Virus record (IMG/VR): IMGVR_UViG_638276472_000001
Location: 1-64,000 of that record
DNA length: 64,000 nt
Source of the DNA: a virus
Taxonomy: Duplodnaviria > Caudoviricetes
Reading direction: 5' to 3' (one strand)
Both the position numbers and the translations under genes were made by a program. Positions within the stretch are counted from its first letter, which is position 1. Each line of letters starts with the position of its first letter. Below the pieces are notes generated by a model that did no database searches, was not told the DNA's origin, and saw only the letters and a list, made by a program, of their open reading frames with translations. This document shows positions 47,794-56,981 of the stretch, piece after piece.

Positions 47794-48016
47794 TCGAGAG
47801 GTCAGGGAGTTCAGGGGGACTAAGGCGTACAAGGAAGACGGGAAGCTGCATGTCTACTACGAAAACGAATGGGTCACTTATGAACTCATTCCGAACCCGG
47901 TTGTCTGGTCGGACGGGCCTCCCCATCCTGACCATCTTCAGCTTGCTCGCAGGCTGGATTGCAGTGTGGGCGTACAGGAACCGCGAGAACCTGATGATCT
48001 ACCTGGTGTCGAGTAG
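47630..48016 (+). CDS. hypothetical protein
   Basis: GTG with AAGGGA SD. Confidence 0.6.
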   Translation: MNPKRKIVIKVPRHVGEKRSKVTTAIGDLTTSPPQVVDGTLVAGRLILVARGIPDREVREFRGTKAYKEDGKLHVYYENEWVTYELIPNPVVWSDGPPHPDHLQLARRLDCSVGVQEPREPDDLPGVE

Positions 48017-48407
48017 GTGCCGGGGATGCGACTTCGAAACCATCGCAGAACATCGCCACGCCAACGTCCTGGGCAGATTCTTGTACGTGTGGCGCTACAA
48101 CCTGTGGGACCGCGTGTTCCCCGACAAGCGTCCTGTCCCGACGCCTGACCCCGGTTGGTGGATCGAGTATGAGAATGCTTGGGTTAATCAGTTTTCTAGG
48201 GAAGACAAGGCGCACATGGGGTCGTGGGTCCGCGCCAAGCAGGGGTACTGGGTTTGGGTTACGGATACCCCGCAGTTTGACCGAGACTTCTTTGACGCAC
48301 ACGGATTCAAGTTCCCGCCGAAGTGGATCACCCAAGCAATGAGGGACTTCTACTATATCGGTGCTGATGATCTGTCAGTCATCGTCAATTTTGAACCGGG
48401 AGGATAG
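47994..48407 (+). CDS. hypothetical protein
   Basis: Trp-rich; start uncertain. Confidence 0.6.
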   Translation: MIYLVSSRCRGCDFETIAEHRHANVLGRFLYVWRYNLWDRVFPDKRPVPTPDPGWWIEYENAWVNQFSREDKAHMGSWVRAKQGYWVWVTDTPQFDRDFFDAHGFKFPPKWITQAMRDFYYIGADDLSVIVNFEPGG

Positions 48408-48410
48408 ATC

Positions 48411-48647
48411 ATGGCACTGGAAGATGAAGCCAAGTTCATGGACGACAGCTTCGCTGTATGTGGTCGAATGACTGGACCATTCGGGGATGAGATCGTTCGG
48501 ATCACGCTGGAGTGGGAGAAGGACCCGCGCAACGCGGTGACCTGCCTGGCCAGGGTTGCTGAAAACTCGCAGATATTGGCCGCATTATTCAGCGAGTCAA
48601 CGGAATTGGCGAAGGAATATGAAGCGGGGCAAGAAGAGCGCGAATGA
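48411..48647 (+). CDS. hypothetical protein
   Basis: GGAGG SD. Confidence 0.7.
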   Translation: MALEDEAKFMDDSFAVCGRMTGPFGDEIVRITLEWEKDPRNAVTCLARVAENSQILAALFSESTELAKEYEAGQEERE

Positions 48648-48984
48648 ACGTGCAGCCCGAAACCGCTGCATCCCCGTTGTTTACGCGCGTTCACGAGGTA
48701 TCTGTGAGCGATGTGGACGACGAGAAGGGGAGTCCTACCACCATCGTGTCAATCGATCCCAGGGCGGCTGGTGGACTGTCGACAACATTGTTCATCTCTG
48801 CGGAGACGGGGTGCGTGGTTGTCACGGGTGGGTCACCGAGCATCCGAGTGCCGCCGCTGACGAGGGGTTCCACGTAAAGCGTTGGGAGGACCCGGCTTCC
48901 GTCCCGATCCTCCTACACGGTGCCCAGAGGGTGCTACTGAGAAATGACGGGACTTATCATTACATGGAAGAGATTGAGGAGTAG
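48619..48984 (+). CDS. HNH endonuclease
   Basis: CERC, HHR..RSQGG, N...LCG.G..GCH. Confidence 0.85.
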   Translation: MKRGKKSANERAARNRCIPVVYARSRGICERCGRREGESYHHRVNRSQGGWWTVDNIVHLCGDGVRGCHGWVTEHPSAAADEGFHVKRWEDPASVPILLHGAQRVLLRNDGTYHYMEEIEE

Positions 48985-48986
48985 CA

Positions 48987-49376
48987 ATGCCTGCACCGAG
49001 TGTAACTGTCGTCGGTAATCTGACCGCCGACCCCGAGCTGCGATTCACCCCGAGTGGCGCGGCTGTCGCAAACTTCACGGTCGTGTCCAATGACCGTTTC
49101 CTCAAGGATGGGGAGTGGCAGGATAAGGACCCCGTGTTCCTCCGCTGCAACGTGTGGCGTGAGTACGCTGAGAACGTCGCTGAGTCGCTGACACGCGGCA
49201 CCACCGTGATCGTCACCGGCAAGCTCTCGCAGCGGAACTTCGAGGACCGCGAGGGGAACAAGCGCACCGTCGTGGAGCTGGAGGTCGATGAGATCGGACC
49301 CGCTCTGCGTTTCGCCACGGCGAAGGTGAGCAAGGCCGGTAAGCGAGAGGCAGCCGCTTCCAGCAGCGGTTGGTGA
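48987..49376 (+). CDS. ssb: single-stranded DNA-binding protein
   Basis: [25 protein letters not shown], strongly actinobacterial SSB-like. Confidence 0.95.
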   Translation: MPAPSVTVVGNLTADPELRFTPSGAAVANFTVVSNDRFLKDGEWQDKDPVFLRCNVWREYAENVAESLTRGTTVIVTGKLSQRNFEDREGNKRTVVELEVDEIGPALRFATAKVSKAGKREAAASSSGW

Positions 49377-49388
49377 GTAGGAGGATAG

Positions 49389-49880
49389 ATGGGAATCACA
49401 GCCCAGCGCAATAAGTTTCGTGCCGCGTTCGATGCCTTCTGGGCGGAGTATCCGAAGCACAGCAAGATTGACGAGGCTGAGGTTGCCTTCTATCGGGTCT
49501 GCGAAAAGGGAACTGACCCAGCGGAATTGGTGCTGAAGGCACGGGCGTACGCCAAGACGGTTGATCCGGAAGACCTACGCTACGTGCCCGCACCGTCCGC
49601 TTGGCTCCGAGATGGGGCCTATGCCAATGCGGACCTGTTCACCACCGACGCGGAAGAAGAGCGCGCCTGGTTCAAGAAGCAGTGGGAGACAGCCAATGTC
49701 ACCGCTGTGGAGAATCGCTACCAGGTCACTTTCCCCAAGGCTTATCCCCCCGACGACATCACTTCGGAAGCCCAGTTCAATTTCTGGTTCCGTGAGAAGT
49801 GCCGGGAGTGGATTGCAGAAGTTTACAGGAGCAAGGTCGAGTGCCAGCCTACGACGAGCGAGCAGAGCAGTCTGTTCTAG
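49389..49880 (+). CDS. replication initiator/loader-like protein
   Basis: FDAFWAEYPK...A...F....Y.P.PS.WL motif; precedes DnaB. Confidence 0.65.
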   Translation: MGITAQRNKFRAAFDAFWAEYPKHSKIDEAEVAFYRVCEKGTDPAELVLKARAYAKTVDPEDLRYVPAPSAWLRDGAYANADLFTTDAEEERAWFKKQWETANVTAVENRYQVTFPKAYPPDDITSEAQFNFWFREKCREWIAEVYRSKVECQPTTSEQSSLF

Positions 49881-51166
49881 GATCAATTCTTATCAACCCC
49901 AAGTGCTTTGGCGAGATTGAAGGTCTCAGGTCGGAGCACTTTTTCATTCCCACTCATGGGTACATCTTCGATCTGATGCAGCGGATGCATGCTGAGGACA
50001 CGGAGCTGGACGCCATCACCATCTTTGCCGAACTGGACAAGGAAGGGAAGCTCGCCAAGGTCGGCGGCGCGGGGTATCTGCACGACCTGCTGGAGGCTCC
50101 GAAGTCACCCGCCAACATCGGCTACTACGCCAAGGTGGTGATGGAGAAGTGGAAGCTCCGCACCGTCAACGACATCGGCACCAGACTCGCCTCTTTGCAG
50201 ACGGACGACATTGAGGACATCCCCATCCTGTTGGAGCGTGCGCATACGTTCCTGGATGAGATTGACGCTGAGGATGATTCGGAGTCCGCTGATCTTCGTG
50301 AGCTGTATGACGGCTGGCTGGAGTGGCAGGCGGATGATCGCCCGTTCATTGAGACCCCGTTCCTCGCGGTCAACGACCTGCTGAATGGCGGTATGGTTCG
50401 TCAGCGGATGCTTGTGGTGGGTGCCCGACCCGGTTGCGGCAAGACGGTTTTCGTTTCTCAGCTTGGTTTCTATGCTGCGCTGCAACACCTTTCGGTGCTG
50501 ATGTTCTCGATGGAGCTATCGAAGAACGACCTGATGTCTCGCATCATCGCCATGGCCGCGCGAGTTCCCTACAAGGAATTGAACTCTCGTCGGCTCGCTG
50601 CCGAGACCAGGGGTAAGGTCTCCCAGTGGATCAGCGCCGCGCAGAATCTCAAGTTTGAGGTGGACGACCGCGCTGACCTCACCATCGAAGAGATCATGCA
50701 GAAGTGTCGCATCCACAAGCAGCGTCACGGACTCGATGTGGTGGTCATTGACTACATTCAGGAAGTCGAAGAGTCCAAGGGCAATTCGCGTGAGCAGGCC
50801 ATCGCCTATATCGCCAAGCGTGCCCGTCAGATCGCCAAGAAGCTGGACGTGGTGGTGATCGTCGCCGCGCAGCTCAACCGAAACCTCGAAGACCCGAAGG
50901 GTAAGCCGCGTCTCCCGGTCAAGTCTGACTTCCGTGAGTCTGGTGGCATTGAGAACGTGGCTGACGTGGCCATGATTTTGTCTAGGACGGTAGACAAGGA
51001 TGGGAATGAGTCGAAGATCCCGAAGATGAACCTGACCTTCGTGAAGAACCGTCAGGGTGAAGAGCGCACGATCCAACTGCTGGAGCGGTTCGATCAGCAG
51101 CGCTTCGACAACATCTTTGGTTCGACCACGGACGACATGAGGCATAATGATGAAGCTGTGGCATAA
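49841..51166 (+). CDS. dnaB: replicative DNA helicase
   Basis: AEQSVLG, GARPGCGKT, FSMEL, IDYIQ, AQLNR, RESGGIE, KNRQG. Confidence 0.95.
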   Translation: MPAYDERAEQSVLGSILINPKCFGEIEGLRSEHFFIPTHGYIFDLMQRMHAEDTELDAITIFAELDKEGKLAKVGGAGYLHDLLEAPKSPANIGYYAKVVMEKWKLRTVNDIGTRLASLQTDDIEDIPILLERAHTFLDEIDAEDDSESADLRELYDGWLEWQADDRPFIETPFLAVNDLLNGGMVRQRMLVVGARPGCGKTVFVSQLGFYAALQHLSVLMFSMELSKNDLMSRIIAMAARVPYKELNSRRLAAETRGKVSQWISAAQNLKFEVDDRADLTIEEIMQKCRIHKQRHGLDVVVIDYIQEVEESKGNSREQAIAYIAKRARQIAKKLDVVVIVAAQLNRNLEDPKGKPRLPVKSDFRESGGIENVADVAMILSRTVDKDGNESKIPKMNLTFVKNRQGEERTIQLLERFDQQRFDNIFGSTTDDMRHNDEAVA

Positions 51167-51488
51167 GCATGACGAGTGGACGCAGCACGCCTCGTGTTGG
51201 GGGTCTGAGGACCACACACTGCCCCCAGAACGTGTCCCCACGTGCAATCACCTTGACGAAGAATTGCACCTCCCTGTGGCCGATGTGGAGCGCGTTACGG
51301 AGATTTGTGGTCGCTGCCGGGTGAGGCCTGAGTGCATCAAGTGGGCCACCAACCCCGATGCCCCAGCGTCGTCGGTTTGGGTTGCGGGACGGTGGATTCC
51401 AGACAAGAAGCGTGCAGCCCGAAGGGTCCGTGAGGAATTGGTTCTCACCCTTCCGCATGAGCTAGAATCCCGTGGGGAGGATGTCTGA
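51147..51488 (+). CDS. WhiB-like protein
   Basis: W..HASC...ICGRC.VR.EC..WA....VW.AG. Confidence 0.75.
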   Translation: MMKLWHKHDEWTQHASCWGSEDHTLPPERVPTCNHLDEELHLPVADVERVTEICGRCRVRPECIKWATNPDAPASSVWVAGRWIPDKKRAARRVREELVLTLPHELESRGEDV

Positions 51489-51748
51489 TGGAGATTTACG
51501 TGGTGGTGGGGTTCCGCGAGGATGGCTCTCTGGTGACTCATCTGGTGGCTGACTACTATGCCCAGCGCCGCAACATCCCTGAGGTGCGCTCGTACACAAA
51601 CCTGTCCGTTGCCAAGAGTTTTCGTACTCGCGCTGTGAACCTTCGGGACAAAGGTGACTATGCCGGTCGCCGCGCCAACCAGGAAGCTGTGGACATTCGT
51701 ATTGCCAAGATTTCCTTTGGCGCAACCGATCTGGAGTGGGTGGAATGA
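51488..51748 (+). CDS. hypothetical protein
   Basis: GGAGG SD, TGATG coupling. Confidence 0.7.
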   Translation: MEIYVVVGFREDGSLVTHLVADYYAQRRNIPEVRSYTNLSVAKSFRTRAVNLRDKGDYAGRRANQEAVDIRIAKISFGATDLEWVE

Positions 51749-51981
51749 TGGATACTTACACCGTTGTTCAAGTTCAGCCGAATGCCACTGTCAGCACTGC
51801 TAGCCGGTGGCTACAGATTCGTCCACATGTGTACGCGACACCGGGCCAGGCTCGTGCTTTCCGGACGAATGCCGCCAAGGCCAACAATCGCCGTGCGGGC
51901 TTCCGGATCGATGCGTATCGGATTCTGCACACGCACATTGACCTCATGACGTATGAGGTCACGACGGATTGGATTGACTGA
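51745..51981 (+). CDS. hypothetical protein
   Basis: Similar to upstream gene; ATGA overlap. Confidence 0.7.
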   Translation: MMDTYTVVQVQPNATVSTASRWLQIRPHVYATPGQARAFRTNAAKANNRRAGFRIDAYRILHTHIDLMTYEVTTDWID

Positions 51982-52241
51982 TGATTGAACTGGCGAAGAT
52001 CAGGTACGGCAAGGAAAGTGAACACATGGCTGTCATTGACCTGGACCCGCACCGGGGCAACTTGTCAGTGTGGGATGCCGAGTACATGTCACCGGATGAG
52101 TTCAAGGAACTCGCCCAGGCGATGATCCGCGCCGCGCAGGCAGCACCCGGTGTGGCCGAGGCTTGGCGGAAGCAGCAGGCTGACATCGCAGCGGCACGAG
52201 ACAGGTTCGAGTCGGAGGCGGCGAAGTTCGGTGTCGCGTAG
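51981..52241 (+). CDS. hypothetical protein
   Basis: 86 aa; TGATG coupling. Confidence 0.7.
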   Translation: MIELAKIRYGKESEHMAVIDLDPHRGNLSVWDAEYMSPDEFKELAQAMIRAAQAAPGVAEAWRKQQADIAAARDRFESEAAKFGVA

Positions 52242-52635
52242 TCGTGCCTCAGCTCGCCAGGCGGGCAGTGCATTTGAGACGCAGACATGCAAGACGTTCT
52301 CAGATGCGTTCCCCGAGTTGGAGATTCATCGAAGTCCACGCTGGGGAGCTAAAGATAAGGGGGACTTGACAGGTGTCAAGACCTCCCGAGTGACGCCCGT
52401 CACAATCACGTTGACGTTGCTCCCTGTGCAAGCAAGACTCGCCGTCGAGTGCAAAAACGTCCATGACCTGTCACTTCCCTCAGCACTCAAGGAAGCCAGG
52501 ATAGAGGCCGAGAATGCGGGAGCGGAAGTGGGCATTGTAGTGCATAAACGCTTCGGCACGACCGACCCACTCAAGCAGATCGTCAGCATGGAAATGGGCG
52601 ATTTCCTGCGCTTGCTAGGTCGCCCCCAGTCGTAA
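52231..52635 (+). CDS. Holliday junction resolvase (Hjc-like PD-(D/E)XK)
   Basis: G.AFE, D.GDL.G, VECKN, EA..EA.NA, VVHKR. Confidence 0.85.
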   Translation: MSRSRASARQAGSAFETQTCKTFSDAFPELEIHRSPRWGAKDKGDLTGVKTSRVTPVTITLTLLPVQARLAVECKNVHDLSLPSALKEARIEAENAGAEVGIVVHKRFGTTDPLKQIVSMEMGDFLRLLGRPQS

Positions 52636-52643
52636 GGACCTGT

Positions 52644-53201
52644 GTGAACCCCTCTCTTGATCAAGTAGCTCTGTGTGGCCCTGTGACCAAGGATTACGAT
52701 CCCTGGTTCGAAGAGGATGATCTTGAACTTCAGATTGAAGCGCGCTCGATCTGTATGCGTTGCCCCATCCGCGTCGATTGCCTATTCCATGCTGTCGTAA
52801 ACGATTTGGAGTACGGCATCTTCGGTGGGCTGAGTCCGGAAGAGCGGAAGCCGGTGCGGGACAAGCTGACTCAGCTTCCTCGAAATGAGTTGCAGCGCTT
52901 GGTATCCAAATACGAGCTTCCCAAACTTCCTGAACCCCCAGTGCCAGAAGAACTTACAGGACACGAGGCCTCCGTGGTCACCAAGATGAGCCTGCGCAAC
53001 ACTCGCGCTCAGCAGGCATACGAGAAGCTGCGCAACATGTCCGTCAACGACGTGACACACTACGAGGTGTACATGGATTGCGTCCGTGGCGTTATCGACA
53101 ACCCCATGAAGAACGGAGAAGAGATCGCAAAAACGTTGGGGCGCAGTACCGCCATGTTCAATCAGAGGTTGCGGGAATGCTTCAACTTCTGTGGCGTGTA
53201 A
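52644..53201 (+). CDS. whiB: WhiB-family transcription factor with C-terminal HTH-like extension
   Basis: ALC...WF...ICMRCPIR.DC...YGIFGGLSPEER. Confidence 0.9.
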   Translation: MNPSLDQVALCGPVTKDYDPWFEEDDLELQIEARSICMRCPIRVDCLFHAVVNDLEYGIFGGLSPEERKPVRDKLTQLPRNELQRLVSKYELPKLPEPPVPEELTGHEASVVTKMSLRNTRAQQAYEKLRNMSVNDVTHYEVYMDCVRGVIDNPMKNGEEIAKTLGRSTAMFNQRLRECFNFCGV

Positions 53202-53231
53202 TCAGTGTTAGAATCAGGGTGGAGGTAGAGC

Positions 53232-53711
53232 GTGGCTCCCTCTGGCCCTGCTGATCATCTGGCTTTGCATTCTCCGCAAGCGTCAGCGGGGCCTCTTCTA
53301 TGTTCAGCCTGCAATGAGCGACCTGTCCGATATAAAAATCGGGGGTTGTGTCACCCCTGCTATGTGAGGCCACCATCTGAACGAGGCAAACCCCGCAAGA
53401 AAATCCGCCGAATGTTAAGCCCCACTTGCTCTTACGACACGGCGCACACAAGATGTAAGAATCTGTGGGGCTCGGCTTCCCTGTATCCCTGTATTCAATG
53501 CAGCGAGCCTGCACGTGAATGGGCTTATGATGGAACCGACCCTACAGAGATGATGGGGTTTTCGGGAGCCCCTGGTACGAAACGGCAGGAGCGGCGCGGT
53601 GGAACTGAGATGGCGTATTCCGCGTGGCCAGAGTTTTACATGCCTATGTGCAGCACTTGCCATTCCGCGTTTGACCACCCGGGCGACGTTGGTACGAACC
53701 CTGATTGGTGA
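53232..53711 (+). CDS. HNH homing endonuclease
   Basis: CSAC..LC..CY; AH.R....G.AS...C..C...A.EWAY...Y.PMC..CH..FD. Confidence 0.8.
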   Translation: MAPSGPADHLALHSPQASAGPLLCSACNERPVRYKNRGLCHPCYVRPPSERGKPRKKIRRMLSPTCSYDTAHTRCKNLWGSASLYPCIQCSEPAREWAYDGTDPTEMMGFSGAPGTKRQERRGGTEMAYSAWPEFYMPMCSTCHSAFDHPGDVGTNPDW

Positions 53712-53738
53712 AAACTGATCTGGGTTATGGTGGTGTAC
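53710..53738 (+). promoter_or_regulatory. GAAAA-box promoter (GAAAACTGAT-N6-TATGGT-N7-ATG)
   Basis: Consensus match. Confidence 0.8.
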
Positions 53739-54095
53739 ATGAAAACTTACATTGCGGGGCCGATGTCGGGTATCCCCGAATACAATCATCCGGCCTTCAA
53801 CGCGATGGCGAAACGCTTGCGGGACGTTGGTATTGACGTTCTGAACCCGGCTGAGATTGATGCCGCTGACCCGCATGATATGCCCGTGCAGCCGTGGGAG
53901 TTTTATCTGCGCCGGGACCTGGAATTGGTTGCGCGGGAGGTGGATCGGATGGTGATGCTTCCCGGCTGGAGAGAATCCAAGGGTGCGCGTTTGGAGCATC
54001 ACGTGGGGAAGGCTTTGAAGATGGAGATCGTCTACCCTTCCCGGTTCGAAGAGTGGTTCGAGGAGCAGCAGAAGAAGGCGTATCAGTATGCCTGA
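53739..54095 (+). CDS. DUF4406 / nucleoside 2-deoxyribosyltransferase-like protein
   Basis: YIAGPMSG.P.YN.PAF, LNPAE, LPGW.ESKGA.LE. Confidence 0.85.
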   Translation: MKTYIAGPMSGIPEYNHPAFNAMAKRLRDVGIDVLNPAEIDAADPHDMPVQPWEFYLRRDLELVAREVDRMVMLPGWRESKGARLEHHVGKALKMEIVYPSRFEEWFEEQQKKAYQYA

Positions 54096-54378
54096 GAACA
54101 GGATTGGCCAGCGGATCGAGGTTGGCGACGTGATCACCCACACCACCGCATCCCAGCATGCCTCCCTCTCACTCGGTTTCGTGCGTGGATTCACGGAGAC
54201 GAAGTGGCGCGGCACACAGGTCAAGGTCACGTGGGTGTGGAGTGGTGGCTACTCCCGCAAGGGTCGCATTGTGAAGACCATGGTTGGCCTCAGAACTGTC
54301 ACCAAGATTGATCCCTCCACTATCGACCCTGAGCTTCAGGTGCTACTCAACGATGAGATGATGGAGGAAGGGCTGTGA
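54088..54378 (+). CDS. SH3/KOW-like hypothetical protein
   Basis: GQ.I.VGD.I; paralog of 42120-42419. Confidence 0.75.
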   Translation: MPENRIGQRIEVGDVITHTTASQHASLSLGFVRGFTETKWRGTQVKVTWVWSGGYSRKGRIVKTMVGLRTVTKIDPSTIDPELQVLLNDEMMEEGL

Positions 54379-55052
54379 CCGAAGTTCGCAAGACCTCAAA
54401 GACTGGAGGCCAGAAGGGCAGCAAGCCTCAGCAGCCAGCTCTCATCCCATCTGACGTTCTCTTGGAGCTTTCCGAGGTGTATGCCATCGGTGCCGAGAAG
54501 TACGATGACCACAACTGGCGTAAGGGCTACGAGTGGCAGCTTTCCATCAACGCGGCGATGCGTCACCTCATGCTGTTCAATGCCGGTGAGGATTACGACA
54601 TCTGCAAATGTGAGAAGCAGAACGATCCGCCCGCGTATCCGTGCAAGGGTTGTGGTGCGACCGGCAAGAAGCACATCCTCATGTGTGCATGGCACTGCAT
54701 ATCCCTGGCTTGGTATATGAACAACAAGCCCGAGTTCGATGACAGGGCAGCCCGTTTCGATGAGAAGCAGGCCATCGTGAAGACTCCGAAGTTCGATGAT
54801 CCCGTTCTGATGACGACGTGGGAAGACCTCTATGTTGAAGGGTCTTGCGAGGATCAGTACGAGTTGAACCAGGAATGGCATCGGGACCACATGTGGAAGT
54901 CGTTGACCCACGGCCTGATCTACAGGTACAACCGTGACGATGCCAACTGGGCATCGTGGGATGCGGGCGATCAGTGTTGGGTCGATAGCATCTTCGAATA
55001 TCCCATCAGGGAGATGGGGCCATTCCGCGTGTTCACTGGAGAGTTGCCGTGA
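54375..55052 (+). CDS. DUF5664 dATP/dGTP diphosphohydrolase-like protein
   Basis: GGQKG.K...LIP...V...GAEKY..HNWRKG..W....AA.RHL..F..GED. Confidence 0.85.
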   Translation: MTEVRKTSKTGGQKGSKPQQPALIPSDVLLELSEVYAIGAEKYDDHNWRKGYEWQLSINAAMRHLMLFNAGEDYDICKCEKQNDPPAYPCKGCGATGKKHILMCAWHCISLAWYMNNKPEFDDRAARFDEKQAIVKTPKFDDPVLMTTWEDLYVEGSCEDQYELNQEWHRDHMWKSLTHGLIYRYNRDDANWASWDAGDQCWVDSIFEYPIREMGPFRVFTGELP

Positions 55053-55300
55053 CATTGGGCGCGAAAGTCACCATAGGCCTCTGGGGCGCGGCCATCTTCT
55101 GGGACCTGATTTGCCCTGAGGGGCAGACGGTTTCGGAAGCGGTCGAACGAGGCCTGAACAACCCGCGTACGGAACCCTTTGTGCTACTTGCACTTACCAC
55201 CACAGCGCTGCATTTGATGCGGTCGGTGGACCCGAAGTACGACCTGTATTCGATTGGGTTCAACGTGGTTGACAAACTGCGAAAGAAGAATCATGAGTGA
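55049..55300 (+). CDS. small membrane protein
   Basis: Hydrophobic segments; T.SE, HL....DP. Confidence 0.7.
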   Translation: MTLGAKVTIGLWGAAIFWDLICPEGQTVSEAVERGLNNPRTEPFVLLALTTTALHLMRSVDPKYDLYSIGFNVVDKLRKKNHE

Positions 55301-56153
55301 ACCAAGGGTAGTGACGCTGGACATTGAGCGTCAGAGCGCCATCGTTGGCGGTGTCTGGCAACTCAAGCAGCACGGCTACATCCCGCCGAGGAACATCATC
55401 ATTCCCGCTCGTACCATCTGTTTCGCGTGGAAGTGGTGGGGAGAAGACGAGATCCACTTCTCTTCGGAGTGGGACCCGTACGACGACGGCACAATCTGTA
55501 AGCCGTTGCCTTACAGGAACACTGGACTTCTTGAGGTGTACCCCGGTCACGAAGATATGATTCGCCGCGCGCGAGATGTCATGTCGCAGGCCGACTTTGT
55601 GGTGGGGTGGAATTCCAAGCAGTTCGACATGGGCAACCTGCGTTCGCACATGGCCGAGTATAACATGAATCCCCCTGCGCCGCACCACGATCTGGACCTC
55701 ATCAAGGTGTCCCGGTCCCAGTTCGGTTTCATGTCACACACTCTCGAAGAGGCGGCGGCGCACTTTGGTCTCGACGGCAAGATGCCCCATTCCGGCGAGC
55801 TGTGGAACGACCTGCGTTGGCTACCGTACTTCGACCCCGATGGGGAGAAGCTACAGACCTCCCGCTCCCTCATGAAGCAATACAACCAGCGCGACGTGGA
55901 ACTCACCGAGCAGGTCTTCATGAAGATGATCCCGTGGATTCCGCGTCTCAACCTGTACGGCAACCCCGAACTCGCAGACGAGTTGGATGCCGATATCCGT
56001 TGCCGTCGTTGCAATTCCGACGACCTCGATTGGACTGCCGCTGGCCCGCGTCGCTTCTCGTCCTACTGGTACAGGCGTTTCCACTGCCGGACCTGTGGCG
56101 GATGGGGACATGGTAATAAGAGCTACTATCGCCAAGAGACCAGCTCAGATTGA
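55293..56153 (+). CDS. DnaQ/RNase H-like 3'-5' exonuclease with Zn ribbon
   Basis: LDIE, GWNSKQFD, DL, YN..DVELT; CRRC...CRTC. Confidence 0.85.
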   Translation: MSEPRVVTLDIERQSAIVGGVWQLKQHGYIPPRNIIIPARTICFAWKWWGEDEIHFSSEWDPYDDGTICKPLPYRNTGLLEVYPGHEDMIRRARDVMSQADFVVGWNSKQFDMGNLRSHMAEYNMNPPAPHHDLDLIKVSRSQFGFMSHTLEEAAAHFGLDGKMPHSGELWNDLRWLPYFDPDGEKLQTSRSLMKQYNQRDVELTEQVFMKMIPWIPRLNLYGNPELADELDADIRCRRCNSDDLDWTAAGPRRFSSYWYRRFHCRTCGGWGHGNKSYYRQETSSD

Positions 56154-56518
56154 AACGCTGCCTGAGGTGCGACCGGCTGAAGCCGCATGGTCAGTTCAGT
56201 CGATGGAAGCACGGAGACGGATACCAGACCTGGTGCAATCATTGCTTCCGGATTTGGCGATATCGCCTTACCCCGCAACAGTTTTCAGCCATGTACGAGA
56301 CCCAGGCTGGCCGCTGCGCCATTTGCATTGAGCCTATCGAGATTGAAACTTGTTGTATCGACCATGATCACAAGTGTTGCCCCGGTAATAGATCGTGCGG
56401 CAGGTGCGTGCGTGGCCTGCTCTGCAAGAGCTGCAATCATGGATTGGGGGACTTCAGGGAAGATGAGTTGATCATGAACCGGGCCATCGCCTATGTGGCG
56501 AAAACTGATCGGCTATAA
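56150..56518 (+). CDS. endonuclease VII-like protein
   Basis: Q.G.CAIC, IDHDH, VRGLLC..CN.GLG. Confidence 0.88.
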   Translation: MKRCLRCDRLKPHGQFSRWKHGDGYQTWCNHCFRIWRYRLTPQQFSAMYETQAGRCAICIEPIEIETCCIDHDHKCCPGNRSCGRCVRGLLCKSCNHGLGDFREDELIMNRAIAYVAKTDRL

Positions 56519-56527
56519 GATCATCAC
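56500..56527 (+). promoter_or_regulatory. GAAAA-box promoter (GAAAACTGAT-N6-TAAGAT-N6-ATG)
   Basis: Consensus match. Confidence 0.8.
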
Positions 56528-56656
56528 ATGGGTTATTTCAGCACCTCCCACAAGTACGCTCCCGGTCTCGGTGGCGCTATGGAGGGGGAAATGAAGAAGA
56601 TTCTCCGACAGTGGCGCAGGGCCGGTATCGGAGTCGTACGTGAGAGGAAGAAGTAA
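56528..56656 (+). CDS. small basic protein (42 aa, leaderless)
   Basis: MGYFSTSHKYAPGLGG...RERKK; ATG at predicted TSS; stop 1 nt before next ATG. Confidence 0.65.
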   Translation: MGYFSTSHKYAPGLGGAMEGEMKKILRQWRRAGIGVVRERKK

Positions 56657-56657
56657 C

Positions 56658-56981
56658 ATGGCTGCACGTCGTAACAAGCTGCGCGAGGTCAAGACCAGCG
56701 TCGAACTGGCTGAGCTGAAGCCGTTCTCGGTGATCCTGTTGGGCAATTCGGAGCGCCCCGACCTGGGTGGTATCGCGGTCCAGCGTGCCGACGAGCCTGA
56801 CGCCTGGTACCCGGTGCGTCTCGGTTACAGCCTGACGACTGGCGACATCGCCAGGTTTCTGCACGAGGGCAAGGGTGACCTGAACACCGCGTTCGTCGTG
56901 TACGAGGGTGTCGAGCAGGAAGAACTCGACGGCTGGGACGAAGTGCTGCACCCCGAAGAGAGGGCGGATGAGGGTGAGTGA
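56658..56981 (+). CDS. hypothetical protein
   Basis: GAGGA SD. Confidence 0.7.
   Translation: MAARRNKLREVKTSVELAELKPFSVILLGNSERPDLGGIAVQRADEPDAWYPVRLGYSLTTGDIARFLHEGKGDLNTAFVVYEGVEQEELDGWDEVLHPEERADEGE

Noticed and set aside
48187-48196. Perfect GAAAACTGAT box on the minus strand
   Set aside because: Followed by AAGCAT, not TANNNT, and antisense within a gene; a similar partial case lies at 56277-56286
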